Notes under the pieces: generated by a model
Databases searched by the model: none
The model's input: the letters and a program-made list of their open reading frames with translations, nothing else
What the model was told of the DNA's origin: nothing
From: an uncultured Parachlamydiaceae bacterium
GTDB taxonomy: Bacteria > Chlamydiota > Chlamydiia > Chlamydiales > Parachlamydiaceae
Assembly: GCA_963752155.1 (NCBI GenBank)
Contig: CAVVXH010000006.1
Coordinates: forward strand, 217,809 to 281,808
Direction: 5' to 3'
Length of the DNA stretch: 64,000 nt
Translations under genes and position numbers: made by a program
Shown: positions 45,875-56,471 of the stretch, one piece after another
Layout of the letters: each line of letters begins with the position of its first letter
Numbering within the stretch: position 1 is the stretch's first letter

Positions 45875-46666
45875 TTGGAAAACCCCCTACATCTTGCAGT
45901 CCTCAATGAAGATTTTGAAACCCTTCAACAACTTTCTAAAAACTCTAAACTAAGGGGATGTAAAAACTCATTGGGTTTTACAGCTTTAGAACTTGCTAGG
46001 TTCTTAGGAAAAGATCAATGTATTGAAATTTTATCCCCTAATACTAACAAAGAAATCCTTGTTATTAAGCCAGGAGAACATAAAATCACAAAATTTACGC
46101 CCGAGCTCTTTACTACCCATTTTAATATTAAGTATCGCAGCCACTTAAATTTTCGCGATTATGATTTTCTAAAACAAATGATTAAAAACTGTCCCTGGAC
46201 ATTACATACAAGCTTTTTAGGAGAAGAAAATCGTGCACAAGCCATTACATTCCGAAAAGAATTATCTACCGGACATATTGCCCCTACGACCATCCAATGG
46301 ATCGACAATGAACTGGGTTATGGATTATTTGCACGTACAAATCTAGCTCCAGGAACATTTGTAGGAGAATTCACAGGGGTCGTCCGCCGCTTATATAGAC
46401 TCAGCCCAGATCAAAATGAATACTGCTTCCATTATCCAACGCGCTTTTGGTCTTGGAATTACACGATCATTGATGCTATTGCCGAAGGCAATGAAACACG
46501 GTTTATCAATCATAGCGATACTCCCAACCTTAAACCTATATGCCTTTGTGAAAGAAGGCTTTTACATACGGTCTTTATGACCAATTCATTTGTGAAGGCT
46601 GGAACACAACTTACTTATAACTATGGCAAAGACTTTTGGAAGCATAGAACAAAAAATGAATCATAA
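45875..46666 (+). CDS. Ankyrin-repeat + SET-domain protein (putative protein lysine methyltransferase effector)
   Basis: ANK-like PLHLAVLNEDFETLQQL...GFTALELARFLGKDQCIEIL. SET motifs GYGLFA, RFINHSDTPN and QLTYNYG. The listed start is a TTG. Confidence 0.75.
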   Translation: MENPLHLAVLNEDFETLQQLSKNSKLRGCKNSLGFTALELARFLGKDQCIEILSPNTNKEILVIKPGEHKITKFTPELFTTHFNIKYRSHLNFRDYDFLKQMIKNCPWTLHTSFLGEENRAQAITFRKELSTGHIAPTTIQWIDNELGYGLFARTNLAPGTFVGEFTGVVRRLYRLSPDQNEYCFHYPTRFWSWNYTIIDAIAEGNETRFINHSDTPNLKPICLCERRLLHTVFMTNSFVKAGTQLTYNYGKDFWKHRTKNES

Positions 46667-46679
46667 GTCGGGAATTGCC

Positions 46680-46755
46680 AGCAATTGTGGATAAAAGTGA
46701 TTTCCTCGAAGGAAAATCACTCATCCACAATTGCTAGGGAATTGCTGCTGTTTTA
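46680..46755 (+). terminator. Hairpin plus T-rich tail after the SET gene
   Basis: AGCAATTGTGGATAAAAGTGATTTCC-TCGA-AGGAAAATCACTCATCCACAATTGCT, followed by TGCTGTTTTATTATTT. Confidence 0.5.
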
Positions 46756-46829
46756 TTATTTAACTTGACTACATTATCGAAATAATATACTCTTCAAAAA
46801 ACAACCTAACAATACTAAAGGTTATAATT

Positions 46830-48758
46830 ATGTTTAATACTTCTACTTGGATGAGTTGCGCTAAATGGCTCGACAAAAAAACATTTGGTGAAAATAAAAT
46901 ATTTCTTAAGGAAAGAAAAAATGGAGAATTAACTACTTGTCATCGTGGGCACTTTTGGTCATTTCTTTCTTATATGATTGGTAGAAAAGAAAACTATGAT
47001 TTATGGCAATTATTTGGTTTAACAAAAACCGATTCCTACCACTTCAACTTTCGTTTAGTAGCAAGAACTTTTTTTCGTTGTTCGGATGCAAGCGTTATCA
47101 AAATCGCATTAGAAATTTTGAATTTAAATCAAAAGAAAGATGTCCGTCAAAAATTCCAAAGTGTTTTCATAGAATTTAATAAGGCCAACATTGATCTAAA
47201 TAAATTCAAGCGCAGTTACGAGTATTTTATACCGACAAATATTAGAAATGAAGCACAAGATACAGAGTTAAAACATAGTTTTTACACATTCATTAATCAA
47301 TGGATACGTCTTCACCAGGGTTTTAATCAAAAAAATTTATCTGAACCTCTAGATACACTCATCGATTTTCTTGAAGCAATTTATCCGATTGGAAGTGAAG
47401 AAGATCCACATTCTTATGACAAGAATAAGATCTTAATAGCTACGGAAATTCTGGACACACTCAAATATATGGGAAATGACATAAATTTAAAAAACTTATC
47501 CACAAATATCATTTTATTAAAAGAAGACAAACTTTGGTCAGGACAGGAAATAATCTCGTGCATTAAAAAAATGCACACCAATTACTCGAACAATATTTTT
47601 CATCAAAGCATCCTTCAAGAAAATTTCATTATTTTTTGTGATTCTGATACATTAGATGAAAAAATTCAGTTTATACGAGATTGTCCCCTATTTTCAACCC
47701 CTTTTATCAAAGATGTTCTACTCAATTTAAGAGTAAATAATATTAAACTGGGAAATAAAGTTCATGTACTTCCAAACAAAAATTTTAATGATAATGTATT
47801 TTTTTTGGATAAAAGTCCAATAATAAGTCTTATTAATGAATATATGGAATCTTCAACCCTTTGGGAAAAGTTTACTCTTTTTAACAACCTTTGTCAACTT
47901 CAAGTTAAAATTGACTATTCATTGCTAGAACCTTTCTTCCTATTTTTCAAAACTTATAACTTCACTTCAAAAATGCATTTACAACTTATTCAAATGGGCT
48001 GCTTGCTCGCACTTCGCAAATGTAAAAAGCCCAGCTCCATCATTTATTTATTGGAAAATTTGGAAAAAATCATTGTTTATGCTGAAAAATTCGATGCTCG
48101 CGCTCTTTCTGCACCAATGAACTCAGTTTTTGAATTCGAAATAAATGAAAAAGGGCATGTGTATTCAAATTTATTAACCTGTTATGTTAATGATCAATTT
48201 ACCAAACCGAACTCATTTAATTATATTTCAGGAATTGCCACAACTCTTGAGTCCTCACCTAGCGGAACAGATGTAATTAAATCCTTGCTAAGTTCTCATT
48301 TCTTCGAAGACTACTATATAAAAGCTTTTACAAGCTATGTTCAAGAGAATCACCTTAAAAAAGAGGCAAAATATGCCGTTGGAAGACCACTGCTTGATCA
48401 TCACATTGAACAAAAATTTAAAAAAGCCCAGCAAGAATGTAAACTTATAAGACGGTTAGCTAAAATTCCTGCGACATGGCAAGGATTAATCTCACCGTTA
48501 ATTAACAGAATTTCAACTATCCATGACTTTTCCACTACATTTAAATCATTAGTAAAAGCAGGAGCTTTAGTATTTAGAGAGGCAATGGATTTCGAAGAAG
48601 CTACTCTAAATGATAAGATTAAAACTCTTTTTTTGACATTACATCATGCAGCTGTTTTGCAACCAAGAGGTATCACCTCAACACTTAGTAATGATATCGT
48701 TATAAAAATCTTATCAAATTTTATTATGCTTCGTTATAAAGATTCGCTGCAGCCATAG
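46830..48758 (+). CDS. Hypothetical protein (642 aa)
   Basis: Long ORF with AAAGG upstream. No motif recognised. Confidence 0.6.
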   Translation: MFNTSTWMSCAKWLDKKTFGENKIFLKERKNGELTTCHRGHFWSFLSYMIGRKENYDLWQLFGLTKTDSYHFNFRLVARTFFRCSDASVIKIALEILNLNQKKDVRQKFQSVFIEFNKANIDLNKFKRSYEYFIPTNIRNEAQDTELKHSFYTFINQWIRLHQGFNQKNLSEPLDTLIDFLEAIYPIGSEEDPHSYDKNKILIATEILDTLKYMGNDINLKNLSTNIILLKEDKLWSGQEIISCIKKMHTNYSNNIFHQSILQENFIIFCDSDTLDEKIQFIRDCPLFSTPFIKDVLLNLRVNNIKLGNKVHVLPNKNFNDNVFFLDKSPIISLINEYMESSTLWEKFTLFNNLCQLQVKIDYSLLEPFFLFFKTYNFTSKMHLQLIQMGCLLALRKCKKPSSIIYLLENLEKIIVYAEKFDARALSAPMNSVFEFEINEKGHVYSNLLTCYVNDQFTKPNSFNYISGIATTLESSPSGTDVIKSLLSSHFFEDYYIKAFTSYVQENHLKKEAKYAVGRPLLDHHIEQKFKKAQQECKLIRRLAKIPATWQGLISPLINRISTIHDFSTTFKSLVKAGALVFREAMDFEEATLNDKIKTLFLTLHHAAVLQPRGITSTLSNDIVIKILSNFIMLRYKDSLQP

Positions 48759-48791
48759 ACTGTAGGTCTTTTCACATGAAATCAGAACAAG

Positions 48792-49058
48792 TTTCAAGTT
48801 GACTTGGTAAAAATTTTTTGGAGTGCGCGTGGCTTTGCCACCGCAGAACGCAGCCTCTATACGAGTCATGCTGGTAGACGTTGCCTCCATTAACTCATAC
48901 TATCGTTGTTACAATTTGAATTCTCCTTTGTTGTAGCGGTTTAGAAAACTTGCTTGAGTTCTATCAAGGCTACGTCTGCCGGCATGACTCGTATAGAGGC
49001 TGCGTTCTGCGGTGGCAAAGCCACGCGCACTCCAAAAAATTTTTATCGGGTCAACTTT
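48792..49058 (+). repeat. Family B long-arm palindromic element, copy B2 (same orientation as B1)
   Basis: Near-identical to B1, including the core TAACTCATACTATCGTTGTTACAATTTGAATTCTCCTTTGTTGTAGCGGTT. Ends 3 nt from the nrdA stop codon. Confidence 0.9.
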
Positions 49059-49061
49059 CAA

Positions 49062-51419
49062 CTACCCACTACAACTTAAACAACCGGGTTCAAGAGAACA
49101 CACCCCAGAACTACTGCTGCTACTACTGCCATTGAGTCCTACACTCTCTACATTTTTCTTTAATGTAAACTTGATGGCCTCAGCTGCAGCCTTAGTTCTC
49201 AAATAATACATTCCTGTCTTCAACCCTAGCTTCCACGCATAAAACAACATCGATGTCAATTTCGAATAAGAAGGATTCTCAATAAACAGATTCAAAGATT
49301 GCGTCTGACAAACATACGGCCCACGTCCCTCAGGACCAGCCATATCAATTAATACTTTTTGCTTAAGTTCCCAAACAGTTCTATAGAGCAATTTAATATC
49401 TTCCGGTATCCCCTCAATCCCTTGAACAGAACCATTAGAGGCAAAAAGTTCATTCTTAACCCTTTCGTCCCACAATCCTAGGTCAACAAGATCACGCATG
49501 AGATCTTTATTAGCAACGATAAACTCCCCAGATAAAACCCGCCGAGTGTAAAGATTTTGAGTATACGGCTCAAAACATTCATTGTTTCCAAGAATTTGCG
49601 AGGTCGATGCCGTTGGCATCAAAGCAACCAATAAAGAATTGCGCACTCCAAATTTAGCAACAATCTCTTTCAATTTCTTCCAATCCCATCGTGGACCTGG
49701 TGTAACATTCCACATATCATACTGAAAGATTCCTTTTGATACGGGAGAACCTGGATATGTTTCATAAGGACCAAATTCCTGAGCAAGTTCACACGAAGCT
49801 GTCATCGCCCCGTAATAAATAGTTTCAGCTATTTCTCGATTTAATGCTCGAGCTTCATCTGAATCAAAAGGCATCCTTAATCGAATGAACGCATCCGCTA
49901 ACCCTTGAACACCTATGCCAATGGGGCGGTGCCGAGAATTAGAAAGCTTAGCAGCTTCAACTGGATAACTATTCCCATCAATCACTCGATTTAAATTCTT
50001 TGTGATCACTTTAGTGACTTCAAAAAGCCGTTGATGATCAAATTTCCCATCGAGAATAAATCGCGGCAAAGCAATTGAAGCCAGGTTGCAAACAGCTATT
50101 TCATCCGGTGAAGTGTACTCGACAATCTCAGCACATAAATTGCTTGATTTGATCGTTCCTAAATTTTGTTGATTTGATTTACCGTTACAAGCATCCTTAA
50201 ACAAGATATAGGGGGTTCCCGTTTCAATTTGGGACTCTAAAATCTTAAACCACAGATGCTGGGCTTTTACCACCTGCTTAGCTTTTCCTTCACTTTCATA
50301 ACGCCTGTACAGATCGACAAATTCTTGCCCCCAGCAATCATCAAGACCCGGAGCTTCATTAGGACAAAACAGAGACCACTCTCCATTTTCTTCTACGCGT
50401 TGCATAAAGAGATCCGGCACCCACAGAGCCGTAAAGAGATCGCGCGCGCGCACCTCTTCTTTTCCTGTGTTTTTTCTTAAATCAAGAAATGCGTAAATAT
50501 CAGCATGCCATGGCTCCAAGTAGACTGCAAAAGATCCTTTTCGTTTTCCTCCCCCTTGATCGATGTAACGTGCTGCATCATTAAACACGCGAAGCATAGG
50601 AATAATTCCATTAGAAGTTCCTCCTGTACCTCGAATATAAGAACCGGTTGCACGCACATTGTGAATGCTTAAGCCAATACCACCGGCAGATTGAGAGATT
50701 TTAGCACAGGCCTTAAGGGTATCAAAAATTCCATCGATACTGTCTTCTTTCATTTGCAATAAAAAGCAGGACGACATCTGCGGATTTGGCATTCCTGCAT
50801 TGAAAAGCGTGGGGGTGGCGTGAGTAAACCACCGTTCGCTCATTAAATGATATGTTTCAAGGGCGGATTGAATGTCCTTTTTATGAATCGCTAAAGCCAC
50901 CCTCATTAACATGTGCTGAGGGCGTTCTACGACACGACCATTCATCCTTAATAAATAAGAACGCTCCAGGGTTTTAAAGCCAAAATAATCGTATCCAAAA
51001 TCACGATCATAGATGATTGAAGCATCCAGAATTTCTGCATGCTCTTGAGAAAGATCATAAAGCTCTTCCGATATTAAGCCCGATTTCTTTTGAGTTTTAC
51101 TATCGACGTAGTGATAAAGCCCTTTCATCGTTTCAGAAAACGATTTGAGTGTATTTTTTTGTAAATTGGAAATGGCTATACGTGCAGCCAATATCGCATA
51201 ATCAGGATGACGCGTTGTCATTGTAGCTGCGACTTCAGCGGCTAAATTATCGAGTTCACTCGTTGTCACCCCATCATACAAGCCTTCAATCACCTTAAAA
51301 GCCACTAATGACGCATCAATATGATCACGATCGAGGCCATAAGAAAGTTTTTGTATTCTGGCGGTAATTTTATCAAATTTGACAGACTCACGCCTACCAT
51401 TTCGTTTTATGACATCCAT
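49062..51419 (-). CDS. nrdA: Ribonucleoside-diphosphate reductase, alpha subunit (class Ia)
   Basis: N-terminal ATP cone [16 protein letters not shown]. Catalytic SNLCAEI and [12 protein letters not shown]-terminal redox tail CLSCSG after a poly-Ser linker. Confidence 0.93.
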   Translation of the reverse strand: MDVIKRNGRRESVKFDKITARIQKLSYGLDRDHIDASLVAFKVIEGLYDGVTTSELDNLAAEVAATMTTRHPDYAILAARIAISNLQKNTLKSFSETMKGLYHYVDSKTQKKSGLISEELYDLSQEHAEILDASIIYDRDFGYDYFGFKTLERSYLLRMNGRVVERPQHMLMRVALAIHKKDIQSALETYHLMSERWFTHATPTLFNAGMPNPQMSSCFLLQMKEDSIDGIFDTLKACAKISQSAGGIGLSIHNVRATGSYIRGTGGTSNGIIPMLRVFNDAARYIDQGGGKRKGSFAVYLEPWHADIYAFLDLRKNTGKEEVRARDLFTALWVPDLFMQRVEENGEWSLFCPNEAPGLDDCWGQEFVDLYRRYESEGKAKQVVKAQHLWFKILESQIETGTPYILFKDACNGKSNQQNLGTIKSSNLCAEIVEYTSPDEIAVCNLASIALPRFILDGKFDHQRLFEVTKVITKNLNRVIDGNSYPVEAAKLSNSRHRPIGIGVQGLADAFIRLRMPFDSDEARALNREIAETIYYGAMTASCELAQEFGPYETYPGSPVSKGIFQYDMWNVTPGPRWDWKKLKEIVAKFGVRNSLLVALMPTASTSQILGNNECFEPYTQNLYTRRVLSGEFIVANKDLMRDLVDLGLWDERVKNELFASNGSVQGIEGIPEDIKLLYRTVWELKQKVLIDMAGPEGRGPYVCQTQSLNLFIENPSYSKLTSMLFYAWKLGLKTGMYYLRTKAAAEAIKFTLKKNVESVGLNGSSSSSSSGVCSLEPGCLSCSG

Positions 51420-51444
51420 GTTTATCCCCTAAGTTGACTAAATT

Positions 51445-52416
51445 CTAAAAATCATCGGTAAGAGAGAAGGAAGCCCCCTCTTTCGAACCCATCACGCCAG
51501 ATTTCTGATATTCTGAAACACGTCTTTCAAAGAAATTTGTCTTTCCAGGGATAGAAATAAGGTCCATGAAATCAAATGGATTTGTCGCTTGATACAGTTT
51601 AGGAGCTCCAAGAGCCTCTAAAAGCCTATCCGCAACAAACTCAATATACTGACACATCATGTCGCTGTTCATTCCAATCAGACGCACCGGCAATGCATCA
51701 GAAACAAAAGCATGTTCAATTTCTACAGCTTTAGAAATGATCTCTTGAACTTGTTTGTGGCTTAATTTGTTCTGCAATTGAGAATAGAGCAAACAAGCAA
51801 AATCACAATGAAGTCCTTCATCACGTGAAATAAGTTCGTTAGAAAAACTCAATCCAGGCATTAACCCCCTTTTTTTCAACCAGAAAATAGAGCAAAAGCT
51901 TCCTGAAAAAAAGATTCCCTCGACTGCCGCAAAAGCGACTAATCGTTCTGCAAAACTCCCTTGTGAGATCCATCGTAGCGCCCAATTAGCCTTCTCACCA
52001 ACACAAGGAACAGTCTCAATCGCATTAAATAAGAAATTTTTTTCTGCAGTATCTTGGATATACGTATCGATCAAAAGAGAATAGGCTTCTGAATGGATAT
52101 TCTCTATCATGATTTGAAAGCCATAAAAACAACGCGCTTCAGGATACTGAACTTCTTTCATAAAATTAATTGCCAGATTCTCGTTGACAATGCCATCACT
52201 GGCGGCAAAAAAAGCTAACACATGCTTGATAAAGAACTTTTCATCAGGCGTCAGCTTCTTTTCCCAATCTACAATATCGGTCGATAAATCAATCTCTTCT
52301 GCTGTCCAAAAGCTAGCTTCGGCTTGCTTATACATTTGCCAAATGTCTTTATGCTTAATAGGGAAAAGCACAAAACGTTCTTTGTTTTCCTTCAAAATGG
52401 GTTCGATAAACGACAT
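51445..52416 (-). CDS. nrdB: Ribonucleoside-diphosphate reductase, beta subunit (eukaryote-like class Ia, tyrosyl-radical type)
   Basis: [22 protein letters not shown] (E-x-x-H-x-x-x-Y) and [20 protein letters not shown]. Confidence 0.93.
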   Translation of the reverse strand: MSFIEPILKENKERFVLFPIKHKDIWQMYKQAEASFWTAEEIDLSTDIVDWEKKLTPDEKFFIKHVLAFFAASDGIVNENLAINFMKEVQYPEARCFYGFQIMIENIHSEAYSLLIDTYIQDTAEKNFLFNAIETVPCVGEKANWALRWISQGSFAERLVAFAAVEGIFFSGSFCSIFWLKKRGLMPGLSFSNELISRDEGLHCDFACLLYSQLQNKLSHKQVQEIISKAVEIEHAFVSDALPVRLIGMNSDMMCQYIEFVADRLLEALGAPKLYQATNPFDFMDLISIPGKTNFFERRVSEYQKSGVMGSKEGASFSLTDDF

Positions 52417-52476
52417 AAATTATCTCCTTAAATTCGGGTTCTTTCAAAAGTACAAGTTACCAAAAAAATAAATATA

Positions 52477-52510
52477 ACACTAGATATAGATTTTACAAAC
52501 AACCTGTTGT
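52477..52510. promoter_or_regulatory. Candidate NrdR-box-like palindromes upstream of nrdB
   Basis: ACACTAGATATAGATT (52477-52492) matches about 13/16 of my recollection of the consensus acaCwAtATaTwGtgt. It is followed by the palindromic ACAAACAACCTGTTGT (52495-52510). The spacing is atypical. Confidence 0.3.
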
Positions 52511-52659
52511 GAGAAGTCAGTAGCATTTTGACCTAAGTAGGACCAAAAAGTCAATCTCTTTTGCATTTTTCTGACTATTTTTATTCACCAAAAGGAAGCT
52601 TTCACCTACACTTATACAAAGAGGGGGCACAAGCTATAGATCCTTTGATATGAGGTCAT

Positions 52660-53475
52660 ATGAAAAGGAAGCTTGAATATGCGATGATTGATAAAATTCT
52701 TAATTTTTTAGTCGAGGTAAGCCAGTACTTTTTCCTGATTTTAAACGTGATCTGGCTGATCATTCGTCATCCCCCCAGTTATTATCTCACTCGCGATCAG
52801 ATGTTTGAAATTGGTGTAAAATCGCTACCTGTGGTGGCTGTTACGGGCTTTTCCACCGGATTAGTTCTTGCTGCGCAATCTTTTTTCCAACTTTCAGATA
52901 AGGGACTCGCCAGTGCAACAGGGCTCATGGTCACGAAAGCAATGATGGTTGAACTCGGCCCTGTCCTTACGGCATTTATGGTCACAGGCCGAGTCGGAGC
53001 AGCAATGTGCGCAGAGCTTGGAAGCATGCGAGTGACGGAACAAATCGACGCAATACGTTCTATGTCAGTTAACCCCTTACGTCATCTTGTAGCCCCCAGA
53101 TTTATTGCAGGGATCACTATGCTCCCCCTTCTGACTGTTTTTAGCTGTTTAATGGGAATTATTGGAGGCTTTGTGATCTCTGTTTACTATTATAAAATGG
53201 CTCCTTCAAGCTTCTTGGACCCTCTACCGGATCACATTAACACGTTTGATTTTCTCAGCGGCCTCATCAAAGCTTTTGTTTTCGGTTTTATTATCATCAC
53301 CATTTCCTGTTACCGTGGAATGTCGACAAAAGGAGGGGCTGCAGGGGTTGGGCGAGCGACAACAAATAGTGTGGTGATTTGCTACACCGTCATTTTAATC
53401 GGGAATTTTCTATTAACTATTGCCATGAACAATTCCTATGGTTATATATCAGAACTCATGGAAAAATGGCTCTAA
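52660..53475 (+). CDS. mlaE: Mla-type ABC transporter permease
   Basis: MlaE/YrbE-like multi-TM pattern (MRVTEQIDA...). Followed by ATPase and MCE genes. Confidence 0.85.
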   Translation: MKRKLEYAMIDKILNFLVEVSQYFFLILNVIWLIIRHPPSYYLTRDQMFEIGVKSLPVVAVTGFSTGLVLAAQSFFQLSDKGLASATGLMVTKAMMVELGPVLTAFMVTGRVGAAMCAELGSMRVTEQIDAIRSMSVNPLRHLVAPRFIAGITMLPLLTVFSCLMGIIGGFVISVYYYKMAPSSFLDPLPDHINTFDFLSGLIKAFVFGFIIITISCYRGMSTKGGAAGVGRATTNSVVICYTVILIGNFLLTIAMNNSYGYISELMEKWL

Positions 53476-53485
53476 GGATACGAAA

Positions 53486-54247
53486 ATGATCGTTGTAAAA
53501 AATTTATGGAAAAGTTACGGGGCTCTCTCAGTTCTCAAGGGGCTAGATCTAACTGTCAATGATGGCGAAACGGTCGTCATATTAGGTCGCTCCGGAGTCG
53601 GCAAAAGTGTTCTTTTACGCCAAATTCTCGGTATTGAACTTCCCGATCAAGGGCGCGTAGAGGTCAATGGAATGGTGATCTCAGAAATGAATGAAGCCCA
53701 GCGTTACGAGGCTGTCAAAAGTATGGGGATGCTTTTTCAAGGGTCAGCGCTTTTCGATTCCATGTCTGTAGGAGAAAATGTGGCTTTCTACTTGAGGCAA
53801 CATAACAAAGAACTTTCCGAAAAAGAGATTCAAGGGCGCGTTGCCCATGCTTTAGCAGAAGTGAACCTTTCCAATATGGAATCAAAGATGCCTTCTGATC
53901 TTTCAGGTGGAATGCGAAAAAGAGCCGCTTTGGCACGTGTCATCGTCTATAATCCACGAGTCATCCTTTACGATGAACCTACTACAGGTCTCGACCCTAT
54001 AACGGCTCAACATATTAATGAACTTATCAACGATACCCAAGAAAAACTGAAAGCGACAAGCGTCGTTGTCACACACGATATTCGATCTGCCCTAGAAGTT
54101 GGGGACCGCTTAGCTTTCCATCACGAGGGGAAAATTTACCTCATTGCTGATAAAAAGGAATTTTTAGAAAGCAAAGATCCTATTTTGCAAGAATTTTTTG
54201 CTAATGCCATTTTGTCAGAAAAATATTTGCAAAAGATAATAACCTAA
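53486..54247 (+). CDS. mlaF: Mla-type ABC transporter ATP-binding protein
   Basis: Walker A GRSGVGKS, signature LSGGMRKR, Walker B ILYDEPTTGLD. Start moved to ATG 53486, which follows AAGGAT. Confidence 0.88.
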   Translation: MIVVKNLWKSYGALSVLKGLDLTVNDGETVVILGRSGVGKSVLLRQILGIELPDQGRVEVNGMVISEMNEAQRYEAVKSMGMLFQGSALFDSMSVGENVAFYLRQHNKELSEKEIQGRVAHALAEVNLSNMESKMPSDLSGGMRKRAALARVIVYNPRVILYDEPTTGLDPITAQHINELINDTQEKLKATSVVVTHDIRSALEVGDRLAFHHEGKIYLIADKKEFLESKDPILQEFFANAILSEKYLQKIIT

Positions 54248-54261
54248 AAGGCGCGCATCCT

Positions 54262-55515
54262 ATGTCAAATCAACTTAAAAATGTTATGATCGGAATTTTT
54301 GTTCTCGCCGCATTTGCAATCATCGTTTTTATCCTCCTTTTTTTGCATCCAAATATTGGCAACGAAGGGAAAACTCTTCGCGTACGCTTTGCCGATATTG
54401 ATAAAATCAATCCAGGAACACGCGTGACTTTTGCTGGAAAACCTATTGGAGAAGTCCTTCGAATCGATGAGATCGATAATGGAAAACGGATAGAACGTGA
54501 TGGAATTATCTATGTCTACGAACTTTTACTTGCTATTGATACGGGCGTTCAAGTTTATGTCGGGGACGAAATCTCCTCACGTACTTCTGGGCTCTTGGGT
54601 GAGAAATCTGTGGCTATTATTCCTGCACCACCCCAAAAAAATGAACCTCAAATTCCAGTCACAGATCAAATCATTTATGCCCGAGAAACGGGGTCCTTGG
54701 AATCTACAATTAAAGAGGTTAAATCCCTTTCAAATAAAATCCAAGTCACCCTCGATGGTTTTATTGAGGCTCTCAATACCCTTCACGATCAACATGCCTG
54801 GGAAAATTTGAGCAAAACAATTAATAATCTTAACGAGATGATCTCCGGAATCAACGAAACTAAGGCCTGGGAACCCCTCAACAATGCCATCCGCAAAATT
54901 GATTCAATGATGACAACATTCACAGAATCAAATTCAGCTGAACGATTAAACAAAACAATTTCTAATCTAGAAGAGATGTCGGCCTCTCTTAATCAACCGG
55001 AAAAAATCTCACAAATTTTAAACAATATTTCTTCTGTTTCTAGCTCCGTCAAAAATATCACTAGTTACATTGAGCAGGGTGAAGGAACTTTGGGCAAAAT
55101 CATTATGCGCGACGATTTAAATTTAAGTCTTGCATCCATAATGAGTAAAGCAGAAGTGATTCTTAACGACATTAATCACTACGGCATCCTCTTTCATCAA
55201 GATAAGGGATGGCAGCGTTTGCGGGCACGACGGCTTAATTTGTTGCAAAAGCTCAGTACCCCTCAGGAATTCCGCAATTATTTCAATGATGAAATAGACT
55301 CTATCTCAACATCGTTAGAAAGAGTCTCGATGGTCATTGAAGAGATCGATGCGCTTCCTTGCTGCTGCGATTTGCTGGAGGATTCACGCTACTCTAAAGT
55401 CTATGCTGAGCTTTTACGACGCGTTGCAACTTTGGAAGAATACTTGCAAATGTATAATCAGCAGGTTATGCAATCTAAGGTAGGTTTGACAGAATTTATT
55501 AACCCATGTGAATAA
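54262..55515 (+). CDS. mlaD: MCE-domain (MlaD-like) protein with a long helical C-terminal extension
   Basis: N-terminal TM segment and MCE core (GTRVTFAGKPIGEVLRID). About 300 aa of helical extension. Confidence 0.8.
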   Translation: MSNQLKNVMIGIFVLAAFAIIVFILLFLHPNIGNEGKTLRVRFADIDKINPGTRVTFAGKPIGEVLRIDEIDNGKRIERDGIIYVYELLLAIDTGVQVYVGDEISSRTSGLLGEKSVAIIPAPPQKNEPQIPVTDQIIYARETGSLESTIKEVKSLSNKIQVTLDGFIEALNTLHDQHAWENLSKTINNLNEMISGINETKAWEPLNNAIRKIDSMMTTFTESNSAERLNKTISNLEEMSASLNQPEKISQILNNISSVSSSVKNITSYIEQGEGTLGKIIMRDDLNLSLASIMSKAEVILNDINHYGILFHQDKGWQRLRARRLNLLQKLSTPQEFRNYFNDEIDSISTSLERVSMVIEEIDALPCCCDLLEDSRYSKVYAELLRRVATLEEYLQMYNQQVMQSKVGLTEFINPCE

Positions 55516-55531
55516 GGATTGAGGACAAACT

Positions 55532-56101
55532 ATGGAAAGCATTCCCTACTCTCAAATTGAAAAAGGGACTTTTCTTATTTCGACACCGGATATCGAGATA
55601 GGGATATTTTTTCGTTGCGTTATATTGATCTGTGAGCATAATCCAAACGGCTCGTTTGGCCTCATACTCAATAAACTCCTCCATTTGGATCTACCACCTG
55701 AAATTGTCAATTTGAATACTTTAATCAATCCACATGTTTCCATTCATGCCGGAGGCCCAATCCAAACCAATCAAATGATGCTGCTTCACAATAGTGGAGA
55801 GATCTCTTCCCAGACGCTAAATATTTGTGAAGGCCTATATTTAGGTGGTGATCTTCCCTTTTTACAAGAATCCTTAATGGATAAAAATGGCCCTCAACTA
55901 CTCTTATGCTTTGGTTATACAGGATGGGGTCCGGGACAATTAGAACGGGAATTTCTGGATGGTAATTGGTTTGTTTGTCCCGGTAGTGCAAAACATGTTT
56001 TTAATACCCCTGCAGACAAGCTATGGCCTACTCTATTGCGTGAAATGGGTGGGCATTATGCTTCTTTGTCAATGATTCCCGAAGATTTATCGCTAAATTA
56101 G
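55532..56101 (+). CDS. yqgE: YqgE/AlgH family protein (UPF0301)
   Basis: [22 protein letters not shown]...GGP...[11 protein letters not shown] pattern. Confidence 0.85.
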   Translation: MESIPYSQIEKGTFLISTPDIEIGIFFRCVILICEHNPNGSFGLILNKLLHLDLPPEIVNLNTLINPHVSIHAGGPIQTNQMMLLHNSGEISSQTLNICEGLYLGGDLPFLQESLMDKNGPQLLLCFGYTGWGPGQLEREFLDGNWFVCPGSAKHVFNTPADKLWPTLLREMGGHYASLSMIPEDLSLN

Positions 56102-56198
56102 GAAGTGGCATAAGTACTTAGGGATCATTTGGTTAGTAGGTAGGAGACTGTACAAATGATAAAAAAGTGGCAGTCAAGTTATTATTGCACAGTCCCTT

Positions 56199-56440
56199 AC
56201 CCCCAAGATTTACGCAACTGAAAAAAGCGTCGTTTTCAATTAATAACAAGATACTAAATTCTGAGAGGTAACGTTTAGCCTTGGTTCCAGACCTGACATT
56301 CTGACATTTGCCCTCCTGGGAGGTTACGTTATCATTGTAGGCAAATGTCAGAATATCAGGTCAGGCACCAATGGCAAGGTGCTTTAAAAATCTGTTATTT
56401 CCCGATAGGGGGCGCCGCAGGCAACTGTCTCGCTTTGCAG
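56199..56440 (-). repeat. Family A element, half copy A3 (inverted orientation), preceded by a family C fragment at 56169-56198
   Basis: Reverse complement of the left half of A1, from ACCCCCAAGATTTACGCAACTG to GGCGCCGCAGGCAACTGTCTCGC. Confidence 0.85.
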
Positions 56441-56471
56441 TAAAAAAAATTAAACTTTACAGTGTACTACT

